A stretch of 63,777 bases of DNA, filler included, from Lama guanicoe (lineage: Eukaryota): assembly GCA_013239625.1 (NCBI GenBank). It is 208 parts of 208 records of this genome, joined end to end, with 100 filler letters (N's around TTAATTAATTAA, not from the genome) between each part and the next. Parts side by side here need not be neighbours in the genome. Positions count along the whole stretch, not along the records: positions 11,360 to 11,566 come from PNXV01034406.1; positions 11,667 to 11,873 come from PNXV01034407.1; positions 11,974 to 12,180 come from PNXV01034408.1; positions 12,281 to 12,487 come from PNXV01034409.1; positions 12,588 to 12,794 come from PNXV01034410.1; positions 12,895 to 13,101 come from PNXV01034411.1; positions 13,202 to 13,408 come from PNXV01034412.1; positions 13,509 to 13,715 come from PNXV01034413.1; 200 more parts are not named here. The stretch is one strand, 5' to 3'. Numbering within the stretch: position 1 is the stretch's first letter; each line of letters starts with the position of its first letter. Positions 11,490-22,618 of this stretch are shown in pieces. The notes under the pieces were generated by a model. It was not told the DNA's origin. It was given only the letters and a program-made list of their open reading frames with translations, and searched no databases. A program made the position numbers and the translations under genes.

Positions 11490-12319
11490 CAAATGCTGAT
11501 TCTTAATGCAGGGTAAAAAGACTGCAAGTTCAAGGGACACCAGGGTACACAAAGGACCAGTGCTTTNNNNNNNNNNNNNNNNNNNNNNNNNNNNNNNNNN
11601 NNNNNNNNNNTTAATTAATTAANNNNNNNNNNNNNNNNNNNNNNNNNNNNNNNNNNNNNNNNNNNNACAGTGAGGAAGTCAGATGATCCCCAACCCCATT
11701 ATATAGTTTAGGACATAATGACCCACAGAAATGGTTTATGGAAAAGTAATTCAGCATCTTTGAACCACATTGTGAACTATATGTGACAAAACGTTGTAGT
11801 TAAAGCTCTTGGATAACTGACATTCAAAATAAACCCACTTTGGCCACTTAACGATCTTGGAAGCAGCTAAAGGNNNNNNNNNNNNNNNNNNNNNNNNNNN
11901 NNNNNNNNNNNNNNNNNTTAATTAATTAANNNNNNNNNNNNNNNNNNNNNNNNNNNNNNNNNNNNNNNNNNNNAAGTAAAGTCACACAGGCATGCATGCC
12001 ATCAATGCAAATTGTCATGACAGCAATTGACTTGAGCCAGACAGCACTCGCAGGAATTGTCAGTCTCATTTAATTCAATTTAACATATTATTATTCTTTA
12101 CAATAAAAGTATAACTAAAATCTTGGGTAATATGAAATTACATGTACAACCCTTAGTCAAGACATTTACAGAAGGGCACTNNNNNNNNNNNNNNNNNNNN
12201 NNNNNNNNNNNNNNNNNNNNNNNNTTAATTAATTAANNNNNNNNNNNNNNNNNNNNNNNNNNNNNNNNNNNNNNNNNNNNCCCATGAGGAGGAGGCAGAG
12301 AGAGAGACAGAAGCCCCAA

Positions 12320-12487
12320 GGACCGCCTGCGGCACCAAATGTTGGCGACACACAGCACGGTGGGGGACGGGTGACACCGTGAGGCACGGGTTGGTAAAAG
12401 AATTTATCACAGATGAAGGATGAGAATAGAAAAGTTATTTATTAGCAGTGCGCTGCCATGGACAGCAGTGGGCCTCACAGACGGGCG
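12320..12487 (-). mobile_element. Probable ERV 5' LTR end (R/U5) plus primer-binding site
   Basis: Minus strand: AATAAA (12438-12443), then CCAACA end (12340-12345), TT, and TGGTGCCGCAGGCGGTCC (12320-12337). This is the canonical CA-NN-TGG layout. Confidence 0.55.
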
Positions 12488-14509
12488 NNNNNNNNNNNNN
12501 NNNNNNNNNNNNNNNNNNNNNNNNNNNNNNNTTAATTAATTAANNNNNNNNNNNNNNNNNNNNNNNNNNNNNNNNNNNNNNNNNNNNAACATAATTAGTC
12601 TTCAGATTACACTTTTCGCTGTTCAGGGAGAGATCTCATTAGTGAGCATTTTAGTCACCAGATAAAAAGCAAATAGCTATACAATATTTCAGATTATATG
12701 TTAAATGTCATTTTATAATTTGAATTGGATGCGTTCATATAGATTTAGAGATTTTTATCTTTGAAATCTGGAATTATCTTATATTAAAATATATNNNNNN
12801 NNNNNNNNNNNNNNNNNNNNNNNNNNNNNNNNNNNNNNTTAATTAATTAANNNNNNNNNNNNNNNNNNNNNNNNNNNNNNNNNNNNNNNNNNNNAACATA
12901 ATTAGTCTTCAGATTACACTTTTCGCTGTTCAGGGAGAGATCTGAGTAGTGAGCATTTTAGTCACCAGATAAAAAGCAAATAGCTACACAATATTTCAGA
13001 TTATATGTTAAATGTCATTTTATAATTTCAATTGGATGCATTCATATAGATCTAGAGATTTTTATCTTTGAAATCTGGAATTATCTTATATTAAAATATA
13101 TNNNNNNNNNNNNNNNNNNNNNNNNNNNNNNNNNNNNNNNNNNNNTTAATTAATTAANNNNNNNNNNNNNNNNNNNNNNNNNNNNNNNNNNNNNNNNNNN
13201 NGCTGTGAAAAATTTTCAAACGGCCTAGCATATGAGTAATTGAAATCCTCAAAAAACAGAACAAGAAAAGCAACAGAAAAATATTTTAAAAAATAATAGC
13301 CACATTTTTTTCCAAATTTAATAATGTAAGTCCACAAATCCAATAATCCAATAAACCCTAGCACAAAAAATCATGGAGAAAGTTACAAAAAAAAATGTGT
13401 TGTAATGCNNNNNNNNNNNNNNNNNNNNNNNNNNNNNNNNNNNNNNNNNNNNTTAATTAATTAANNNNNNNNNNNNNNNNNNNNNNNNNNNNNNNNNNNN
13501 NNNNNNNNGAGGAGGAAGAGAGAAAACAGACACACTTTCAAATAATTTACAGTTCACGAAAGAAAAAGAAGCTAAATATAGTTAGCTCCAGGCAAAATTA
13601 TAATTTTTATAAAAGCAGGGGAGAAAAAGGCAGGACCATCTAACGAAGTCGCTCGACCCCGAGCGTTTTAGGGAAGAAGAGGTACTTACGCCATAAAGCC
13701 CGTGCGAGATGGAAANNNNNNNNNNNNNNNNNNNNNNNNNNNNNNNNNNNNNNNNNNNNTTAATTAATTAANNNNNNNNNNNNNNNNNNNNNNNNNNNNN
13801 NNNNNNNNNNNNNNNCTGCTTTGGAGAAAATCCCTTTATACTTTGGGGCCTTATTTTACTCATCCGAAAAGAGAATAAACCCCAGACGAACTGAATCAAA
13901 AGCCCAGGGAATTGAACCTGCAAAATACAGATGTTTAAGAATTTTTACAAATTCTCCACATTGTTCTTATCTACACTAAGTCCTGAGAATGACAGCCCTA
14001 CAGGGTAATTGTGAGGAAAAAANNNNNNNNNNNNNNNNNNNNNNNNNNNNNNNNNNNNNNNNNNNNTTAATTAATTAANNNNNNNNNNNNNNNNNNNNNN
14101 NNNNNNNNNNNNNNNNNNNNNNGGAGGGACTCCTTCCCCAAATAGTGTGTGAAGCTGTGGGCTCTCTGGTTAGGCAGAGGTGGGCAGCATCCTGGATCCC
14201 ACATACCCAGTGATTCTGGCTTCACAGCAGAAGTCTTAGGGCTCCCCCTGGCAAAGAGGAGAGGAGACCCAGAGAGATGTGGATGGGACTGTGGCGCTGT
14301 GAAGGGCATCTGGGAGGTCAGAGGAGAGANNNNNNNNNNNNNNNNNNNNNNNNNNNNNNNNNNNNNNNNNNNNTTAATTAATTAANNNNNNNNNNNNNNN
14401 NNNNNNNNNNNNNNNNNNNNNNNNNNNNNTTTAATGAAAAGTTGTCAAGACCTGTATCTTATATGATGTATGATTTTGGCACCCTGGATAAATGAATGAA
14501 TAAATTGGG

Positions 14510-14636
14510 TTCTGGTTCAAGATGGTGGTATAGGAAAACCTTGAACTAACCTCCTCACAGAGACATACACAGTTACACCTACATAAAGAATAATTCCTCC
14601 TGAGGAATACCTGAGGGCTGGTTGAAAAGCTTCTGC
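14510..14636 (+). mobile_element. Probable LINE-1 5' end
   Basis: GGTTCAAGATGGTGG (YY1-like CAAGATGGCG motif) followed by CCTTGAACTAACCTCCTC. Confidence 0.55.
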
Positions 14637-14736
14637 NNNNNNNNNNNNNNNNNNNNNNNNNNNNNNNNNNNNNNNNNNNNTTAATTAATTAANNNNNNNN
14701 NNNNNNNNNNNNNNNNNNNNNNNNNNNNNNNNNNNN

Positions 14737-14943
14737 TGTTAGTTTCTGGTGTACAGCAAACAAAGTGATTCAATTATATATATATTATATGTATATATAT
14801 ATAATATGTATATATACATATTATATATGTATATATATATACGTATTATATATATATATCAATTATATATATATATGTATATATATATATATACACACAT
14901 ATTCTTTTTCATTATAGGTTATTATAAGATACTGAATGTATCC
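14737..14943 (-). mobile_element. LINE-1 3' end with expanded (TA)n microsatellite (about 14772-14898)
   Basis: TGTTAGTTTCTGGTGTACAGCA...ATTCTTTTTCATTATAGGTTATTATAAGATACTGAA flank a TA-rich array. Confidence 0.85.
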
Positions 14944-17193
14944 NNNNNNNNNNNNNNNNNNNNNNNNNNNNNNNNNNNNNNNNNNNNTTAATTAATTAAN
15001 NNNNNNNNNNNNNNNNNNNNNNNNNNNNNNNNNNNNNNNNNNNCTAAATCTGGGTGGAGGAGAAATGGGTCTTCACTTTACTATTCTTGCAGCTTTACTA
15101 TGGGTTATAAACTTTGGAAACAGTTTTTTAAAAATTCAAAGAGGTTGGCTATGAAAAGTTTAGGATCCATCAGCATTTTCTTTACCTAAATGGTATGATG
15201 GGTTAACGTCTAAATACAGGTTAAGACTCCATAGTTACACTCTTTAAATANNNNNNNNNNNNNNNNNNNNNNNNNNNNNNNNNNNNNNNNNNNNTTAATT
15301 AATTAANNNNNNNNNNNNNNNNNNNNNNNNNNNNNNNNNNNNNNNNNNNNAAAGAGCCGATGTCCTGAGGTCAGACTGCAGGGCACAGCTGTTCACGGTC
15401 GCGTCTGTGCTGGGCTGACACCGCCTTAATTCTGGAATATAGATCAGCACTTTCCCAACCATGTACCTAAGAATGGAAGATTCTCCCCCATCGCATTTTA
15501 GGGACAAGAAGGAGGTGACTGTGATGTAGGCCTTCTGGAGCAGCCTTAAGCCTCTATNNNNNNNNNNNNNNNNNNNNNNNNNNNNNNNNNNNNNNNNNNN
15601 NTTAATTAATTAANNNNNNNNNNNNNNNNNNNNNNNNNNNNNNNNNNNNNNNNNNNNGGACGTCATCATTCATGCTGGGCACATACTGAGGGAAGTGATG
15701 GCAGAGGGGAGAACTCTCCACTAGACAATAGCAGGAAATTGAAAAGAATGGTTCTCAGCCTGGCTGGCCTCAATGCAGAGGGGACAAGCGAGGACTGGAC
15801 AGTTTACAGAGGACCACTCAGCTCCTAGGCAGCCCCAGAGCACCTGTGACCATAAACACTGCCTNNNNNNNNNNNNNNNNNNNNNNNNNNNNNNNNNNNN
15901 NNNNNNNNTTAATTAATTAANNNNNNNNNNNNNNNNNNNNNNNNNNNNNNNNNNNNNNNNNNNNTCAGTCCCCAACAGTGCCTAGTGCAGTGCTTGCACA
16001 AAACTGGCGACCACTAAGTGTTGGTCAGATTAAAGTGCACCACCCGCAACCTTTGTGGCAGCCGTGGAGACACGCCCCTTGAGTCGCCCAGCTTCCAAGA
16101 GTGGAGCTGGGTGACAGCATCACCGTTCAGGACCCGCTACAACAATCAAGCCAGCCTAGCTCCTCCCTAGANNNNNNNNNNNNNNNNNNNNNNNNNNNNN
16201 NNNNNNNNNNNNNNNTTAATTAATTAANNNNNNNNNNNNNNNNNNNNNNNNNNNNNNNNNNNNNNNNNNNNGAAGTGATACCAATTTAGGGAATTTGTGT
16301 AAGCCCTTCAGGAAGATTGACCATGCCCTGCTCTTCTTAATGTTTAAGTCTCTGTTGCCTAAAAAACTTAAGTATGAGGATTCATTGCTCCTCAATTAAG
16401 AATTTTATAGTTTCTAGTTCTTTAGCCAGGAGGAACTTCACTGATTAGGTTAGATTTTGTTCTGTGATCTTTTATCATNNNNNNNNNNNNNNNNNNNNNN
16501 NNNNNNNNNNNNNNNNNNNNNNTTAATTAATTAANNNNNNNNNNNNNNNNNNNNNNNNNNNNNNNNNNNNNNNNNNNNAAATCAGAAACAATTATAGGGC
16601 GCAAAAAATAGGGAGACTGTGGGGCCAACTGCTGCCCTGCTAAGTCTGACAACGCCCGTTCCTGGGCTCTCAGATGTCTGTCTGCGATCCATCAGCAGGC
16701 AAAGTACATTCTTGACTGGGCATGTTGCCCCTAACCAACTAATATATTCTAGCCCTAGGTAATGCCTGAGCTCACAATAGCTCAGNNNNNNNNNNNNNNN
16801 NNNNNNNNNNNNNNNNNNNNNNNNNNNNNTTAATTAATTAANNNNNNNNNNNNNNNNNNNNNNNNNNNNNNNNNNNNNNNNNNNNAGTGGATAGTGACTT
16901 ATCCTCAACCCCAAACTGTCTGGCAGAGATAGTGAGTCACAGCCCCTTTGTAAATATACACAAGGTGATGTTAAATGATCAACTGGGCATTCTGAAGCTT
17001 TTATCCCAGAACCACAAGAGACCACATGAGTATATAACCTTGTGTTTCTCTACAGGGAATCTAAATTCTCTCTAATATAACCTCATCTTTCTNNNNNNNN
17101 NNNNNNNNNNNNNNNNNNNNNNNNNNNNNNNNNNNNTTAATTAATTAANNNNNNNNNNNNNNNNNNNNNNNNNNNNNNNNNNNNNNNNNNNNA

Positions 17194-17370
17194 GCTCCCC
17201 GGGGACGAGGTGTAGAGGGTGCGGCTGGTGCTGGGGCGCAGCGCACTGCCCAGGCTATAGGTGCGGGTGAACGTGGTCACGTAGCTCCAGCTGAAGCTCG
17301 GCCGGCTCGCTGTGCCCAGGCCGCCAAACATCCTGCGGTAAGAGGACGAGGACACGGACCTGGTGGACAT
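17194..17370 (-). pseudogene. VIM: Vimentin head domain, codons 1-59; probably a pseudogene/retrocopy rather than the functional gene; truncated by contig end
   Basis: GCAGCC-ATG followed by [58 protein letters not shown], which matches the known mammalian vimentin N-terminus except P18L, S26F, R28W and S34F (all C>T). Identity as VIM is near certain; pseudogene status is inferred. Confidence 0.8.
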
Positions 17371-17499
17371 GGCTGCAGAGGGTGGCGGTGGTCTGGGCGN
17401 NNNNNNNNNNNNNNNNNNNNNNNNNNNNNNNNNNNNNNNNNNNTTAATTAATTAANNNNNNNNNNNNNNNNNNNNNNNNNNNNNNNNNNNNNNNNNNNN

Positions 17500-17706
17500 A
17501 TGCTAAGTGAAATAAGTCAGAGAAAGAAAAACAAATATTCTATGTATTTACTTATATGTATATCTAAAAAATAAAACAAATTAATTACTATAAAAAAACA
17601 GAAATAGACTCACAGCTACACAGATCAGACTGGTTGTTACCAGTGGGGAGAAGGAGAAGAAGGGAGGCAGGAAGGGGTTAGGGGATTGAGAGGTAAAAAG
17701 TACTAC
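17500..17706 (+). mobile_element. LINE-1 3' UTR
   Basis: ATGCTAAGTGAAATAAGTCAGAGA...CAGAAATAGACTCACAG...GGTTGTTACCAGTGGGGAG. Confidence 0.88.
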
Positions 17707-18420
17707 NNNNNNNNNNNNNNNNNNNNNNNNNNNNNNNNNNNNNNNNNNNNTTAATTAATTAANNNNNNNNNNNNNNNNNNNNNNNNNNNNNNNNNNNNNN
17801 NNNNNNAGTTCATTCAAGTTGCTTTTTGCTGGTTTTGTTGTTGTCTCTCTTAGAGTCTTCCCTGAGGAGTCCAACAATCCTTGGTATCTGCTCATGATCC
17901 ACCATGAGGGACTAGAAAGCTCTCAGAGTTGGCGTGTGGACTGGACTGTTGACTTGGAGCTTTACAAACACAAAGTGACCAGGATGGGCCTCTGTTGGGG
18001 AATTCTCTGTATCNNNNNNNNNNNNNNNNNNNNNNNNNNNNNNNNNNNNNNNNNNNNTTAATTAATTAANNNNNNNNNNNNNNNNNNNNNNNNNNNNNNN
18101 NNNNNNNNNNNNNTCTGTAGAAATTACTGTGCTAATTCTGACATTTATATAGAAGATAGGCAGGCATATGCAGATGACCCACGGAACCAAAACAATTTTC
18201 AGAAAAGAAAAAAAAAATTGAAGAACTATCTGGCTTTAAGACTTACTAGAAAGAAAAAGCTATAGTAATCAAGAGAATTTGGATCTTAAACTTACAAATG
18301 TAATATGTCAATTATATCTCNNNNNNNNNNNNNNNNNNNNNNNNNNNNNNNNNNNNNNNNNNNNTTAATTAATTAANNNNNNNNNNNNNNNNNNNNNNNN
18401 NNNNNNNNNNNNNNNNNNNN

Positions 18421-18515
18421 ACCTCAAAAAAATTTTCCAACGTATTTATTGAAAAAAATCTCTGTGTAAATGGGCCTGTACAGTTCAAACCTGTGTTGTT
18501 CAAGGGTCAACTGTA
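18421..18515 (+). mobile_element. Tigger-family (MER8/Tigger2-like) DNA transposon end
   Basis: CAGTTCAAACCTGTGTTGTTCAAGGGTCAACTG followed by the TA target dinucleotide. Confidence 0.75.
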
Positions 18516-20398
18516 TGCTAAAAAACATTGTTGATTTTTGCTATACTTAGAATCCTTGCTTCTTGCTGAAAATATTCGTGAAGGCACCTATATCATCAAA
18601 CGAAAATGGAAAACAATGTTCTAAAAANNNNNNNNNNNNNNNNNNNNNNNNNNNNNNNNNNNNNNNNNNNNTTAATTAATTAANNNNNNNNNNNNNNNNN
18701 NNNNNNNNNNNNNNNNNNNNNNNNNNNTGGTTTAGGAAGCTTAGATCACTTACCTGAGGCACCCAGATGGCAGGAGATGGAACTGGGGATTTAAATTAGG
18801 CCCTCTGTCTGCAGACACTCCAAATAAAGGAAAACAAAATCTTCCTTGGAGATTGCTTCCATCATTGCAATAACAGTTTGTAATGAAATATGAAAAATTT
18901 AAAAATGGAACTACATTTACTTTCACATCCCCAANNNNNNNNNNNNNNNNNNNNNNNNNNNNNNNNNNNNNNNNNNNNTTAATTAATTAANNNNNNNNNN
19001 NNNNNNNNNNNNNNNNNNNNNNNNNNNNNNNNNNACTTCTCTGAACAATAGGTTTTCAGACTTTGATAAGGGCAGGATGAGGCCTGTCTGCCTAGTGTAC
19101 TTCAAGACGGGCTATCTCCTGGGGTGATGGGTTTTGTTAGGAGGAGATGATTTACATCTTGAAGAAATGCAGGTATGCGAAGGCTCCTGCACTGGGGAGT
19201 AGGGGTTAAGGTGTCAATAGGCCCCAGGCACACGGAAAGCCNNNNNNNNNNNNNNNNNNNNNNNNNNNNNNNNNNNNNNNNNNNNTTAATTAATTAANNN
19301 NNNNNNNNNNNNNNNNNNNNNNNNNNNNNNNNNNNNNNNNNGCAAACACGGGGTGCGTTTGGGCAGTAGCAAGGAGCCCAGTGTGGCAGAGGCAAAGGAT
19401 CCCTTCCGGGAGAAGAGTATGCAGAACGTGGTTTGGACTGATGAGCTGTCAGGGGCCGGAACCTGGGTTTCATCCGGCATCAGTGATAGCCCGTGGAGTG
19501 TTCTGAGGGGTAGAAGCAAAGCCAGGGTTTGCGTGGTGATGTGTAAAGNNNNNNNNNNNNNNNNNNNNNNNNNNNNNNNNNNNNNNNNNNNNTTAATTAA
19601 TTAANNNNNNNNNNNNNNNNNNNNNNNNNNNNNNNNNNNNNNNNNNNNGTAGTTCAGCACCCCTAAATGCACCTTCCACACCACAGCCAGAGGGCTCAAG
19701 TATGCAAATGTGGTTTTTCACACACACACACACATACACATTTATATTCTTCCAGTGGCCCCCCAGCTGTCAGGGCACAGTTCAGACTTCGACCACTCGG
19801 CGCCCACCTACCTCTCAGGGCACATCACCCGTCACTCTCCCCTCCTCAAATCCTGNNNNNNNNNNNNNNNNNNNNNNNNNNNNNNNNNNNNNNNNNNNNT
19901 TAATTAATTAANNNNNNNNNNNNNNNNNNNNNNNNNNNNNNNNNNNNNNNNNNNNAAAACAAAACAAAACAAAACAAAACAACTAAGACTCCTCTGAGTG
20001 TCCAGAAGAATCCTGAGGAAATTAGTCTGGCTGAGCTCTTTAGACATGGCAAAGGCAGGAGACAGGGAATTCCGCTGGGACAACACATGGCGATGTGGCT
20101 GGAGTTTGGTGTGCAAAATGCAAAGGAAGTTACAAACCACTCTTTCATGGAGATGACATCATNNNNNNNNNNNNNNNNNNNNNNNNNNNNNNNNNNNNNN
20201 NNNNNNTTAATTAATTAANNNNNNNNNNNNNNNNNNNNNNNNNNNNNNNNNNNNNNNNNNNNCAATAATTGTCACTTTCTCTGCAGGAGATCAGGTCCAA
20301 AGTCATGGGGACTCTGGTAGTGATCCTGCCTGAACTCCAGCCTGGGAGAGTGGAGGATCCACCCAGGAATCATCCTCTTAGCTCTCACCAAAAGAAAC

Positions 20399-20469
20399 TG
20401 TAATAGAGAAGAACAAATCAGACTCCATATTGGATTTGTTCATTTTCCTTTAACCCTCTGCCGTGTTTT
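20399..20469 (+). mobile_element. ERV1-type LTR 5' end
   Basis: TGTAATAGAGAAGAACAAATCAGACTCCATATTGGATTTGTTC aligns with the reverse complement of 24050-24107. Confidence 0.65.
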
Positions 20470-21490
20470 NNNNNNNNNNNNNNNNNNNNNNNNNNNNNNN
20501 NNNNNNNNNNNNNTTAATTAATTAANNNNNNNNNNNNNNNNNNNNNNNNNNNNNNNNNNNNNNNNNNNNAGAAACACTGACAACATCTGTGGTTTGTCCT
20601 TTCGGGCTGAGGTTTACACAACGCGTGCAGATTCCCCATCTTTTTCTGCATCCACTGTGGCCTCACCCCATTACACCTCTCAGTCTTTCCTGCTGAAGTC
20701 AGGCAGTGACTCCTTATTAGCCCCCGAGAGTCCCCCTTTACAGTGAATTTTTGAATTATTTGTCACTTGTTGACTCNNNNNNNNNNNNNNNNNNNNNNNN
20801 NNNNNNNNNNNNNNNNNNNNTTAATTAATTAANNNNNNNNNNNNNNNNNNNNNNNNNNNNNNNNNNNNNNNNNNNNTTTTTCTTTTTCCTCCAAAGCCTA
20901 TTAACCACTTACCCACTCTGTAAACGTCTGGGGGCTGGGCGCATCCTGGCCAGCTCTGGTTTGGGGCTGACGCGGTCTCAAACACGCCAGACTCGGGGCT
21001 CGGCGAGTCCTTCCGGATGACGGCCTGGGGAGGAGAGTGTGCTGGTCATGTTACTATTAAGAGCATCTATTTCATCAGTCACANNNNNNNNNNNNNNNNN
21101 NNNNNNNNNNNNNNNNNNNNNNNNNNNTTAATTAATTAANNNNNNNNNNNNNNNNNNNNNNNNNNNNNNNNNNNNNNNNNNNNGCATAGAAGTCATATTA
21201 CAGGAATTGTGTGAGGAAGACGTGGTGAAAGGGCGCACAGAGAGACTGTCCGAACAGAAGGACTGCAGAGCTGGGGACACACGGCAGGCTCGCTGTGCCT
21301 CCTTGTGAGGGGCCCGTAGCCGTCCACACGCCTGCACACTGTGTGCAGAAGCAGGGCGTTCAGGGCCGGGGGGCACCTCGCCAGTGTGCTNNNNNNNNNN
21401 NNNNNNNNNNNNNNNNNNNNNNNNNNNNNNNNNNTTAATTAATTAANNNNNNNNNNNNNNNNNNNNNNNNNNNNNNNNNNNNNNNNNNNN

Positions 21491-21697
21491 TTATTTCCAT
21501 TGCCTGAGGAGACATATCAAAAAATATTGTTAAGACCACGTAGCAGAATGTTTCCTTCTGGAAGTTTTATGGTTTCAGGTGTTACATTTAAGTGTTTAGT
21601 CCATTTTTAGTTGTTTTTTTCTTTATATACGGTGTGAGAAAATATTCATTTCACTTTTTTCATGTAGCTTTCCAGTTTTCCCAATACCAATTATTGA
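21491..21697 (-). mobile_element. LINE-1 ORF2 fragment
   Basis: TTTATGGTTTCAGGT...TACATTTAAGT...CCAGTTTTCCCAATACCA. Confidence 0.85.
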
Positions 21698-21797
21698 NNN
21701 NNNNNNNNNNNNNNNNNNNNNNNNNNNNNNNNNNNNNNNNNTTAATTAATTAANNNNNNNNNNNNNNNNNNNNNNNNNNNNNNNNNNNNNNNNNNNN

Positions 21798-21950
21798 CCT
21801 AGCTAAAGATTTATTAACTTTGTTTGTCTTTTCCAAAAAAAAGTTACTGATTTCATTGATATTTTCTATTGTTTATTTGATCTTTATTTTCTTTATTCCC
21901 TCTCTGGTACTTTATTTTCCTCCTTTTGCTGACTTTGGGCTTTATTTTTT
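21798..21950 (-). mobile_element. LINE-1 ORF2 fragment
   Basis: CTAGCTAAAGATTTATTAACTTTGTTTGTCTTTTCCAAAAAA...TTCATTGAT. Confidence 0.8.
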
Positions 21951-21954
21951 GTTT

Positions 21955-22004
21955 CTTTGTTTGTTTTTGTTGTTGATTTTTTGAGGAGGGAGGTAATTAG
22001 GTTT
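21955..22004 (-). mobile_element. 3' tail of a vic-1-like SINE inserted in L1
   Basis: Reverse complement is AAACCTAATTACCTCCCTCCTCAAAAAA..., the same tail motif as at about 41630-41652. Confidence 0.7.
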
Positions 22005-22411
22005 NNNNNNNNNNNNNNNNNNNNNNNNNNNNNNNNNNNNNNNNNNNNTTAATTAATTAANNNNNNNNNNNNNNNNNNNNNNNNNNNNNNNNNNNNNNNN
22101 NNNNGAGGGTCACATTGGAGCAACAGAAACAGAAATTCAAATTCAGATTCTGACATATAAGAGAGATGACTGATTTATAAAAATGAAGTAAGGAATATAT
22201 TGGCCATCTGGACTGAAGGAGAATGAGCAAAGGAAAAAAAAAATAAAACCTTAAACAGAGACATTTGTTTCTTTCTCAGAACAGCAATGAAAATAGATGG
22301 TCTCTTAAATANNNNNNNNNNNNNNNNNNNNNNNNNNNNNNNNNNNNNNNNNNNNTTAATTAATTAANNNNNNNNNNNNNNNNNNNNNNNNNNNNNNNNN
22401 NNNNNNNNNNN

Positions 22412-22618
22412 GACCATTTCCTTACACCATACACAAGAATTAACTAAACTGGATCCAAGATCTAAATATAGAGCTGGAAGTATAAACTGTGAGGTAAAAC
22501 CATAGGTGAAATGTTTCCATGACATTGGATTTAGCTGTGCTTTCTCAGATATAACACTAAAAGCATGTACAACAACAACAAACATAGAAATAAATTTGAC
22601 CTTTAAAACATTAAAAAC
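22412..22618 (+). mobile_element. LINE-1 ORF2 fragment
   Basis: CTTACACCATACACAAGAATTAACT...GATCTAAATATAGAGC...CTTCCATGACATTGGATTTAG-like. Confidence 0.85.

Noticed and set aside
12588..13101. Adjacent near-identical contigs as tandem duplications (also 34385, 41753, 51577, 53112)
   Set aside because: Exact 49-bp shared ends in all seven pairs indicate graph bubbles; adjacency comes from contig sorting.
13670..13715. Isolated splice-donor matches on the minus strand (GTAAGT at about 13684-13689; CAG|GTAAGT at about 54647-54655)
   Set aside because: Too little exon sequence to identify a gene, and such motifs are expected by chance in about 43 kb.
7804..17370. Functional linkage of LAX1, ERV pol and VIM as a cluster
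   Set aside because: They lie on independent contigs whose order reflects sorting, not genome position.
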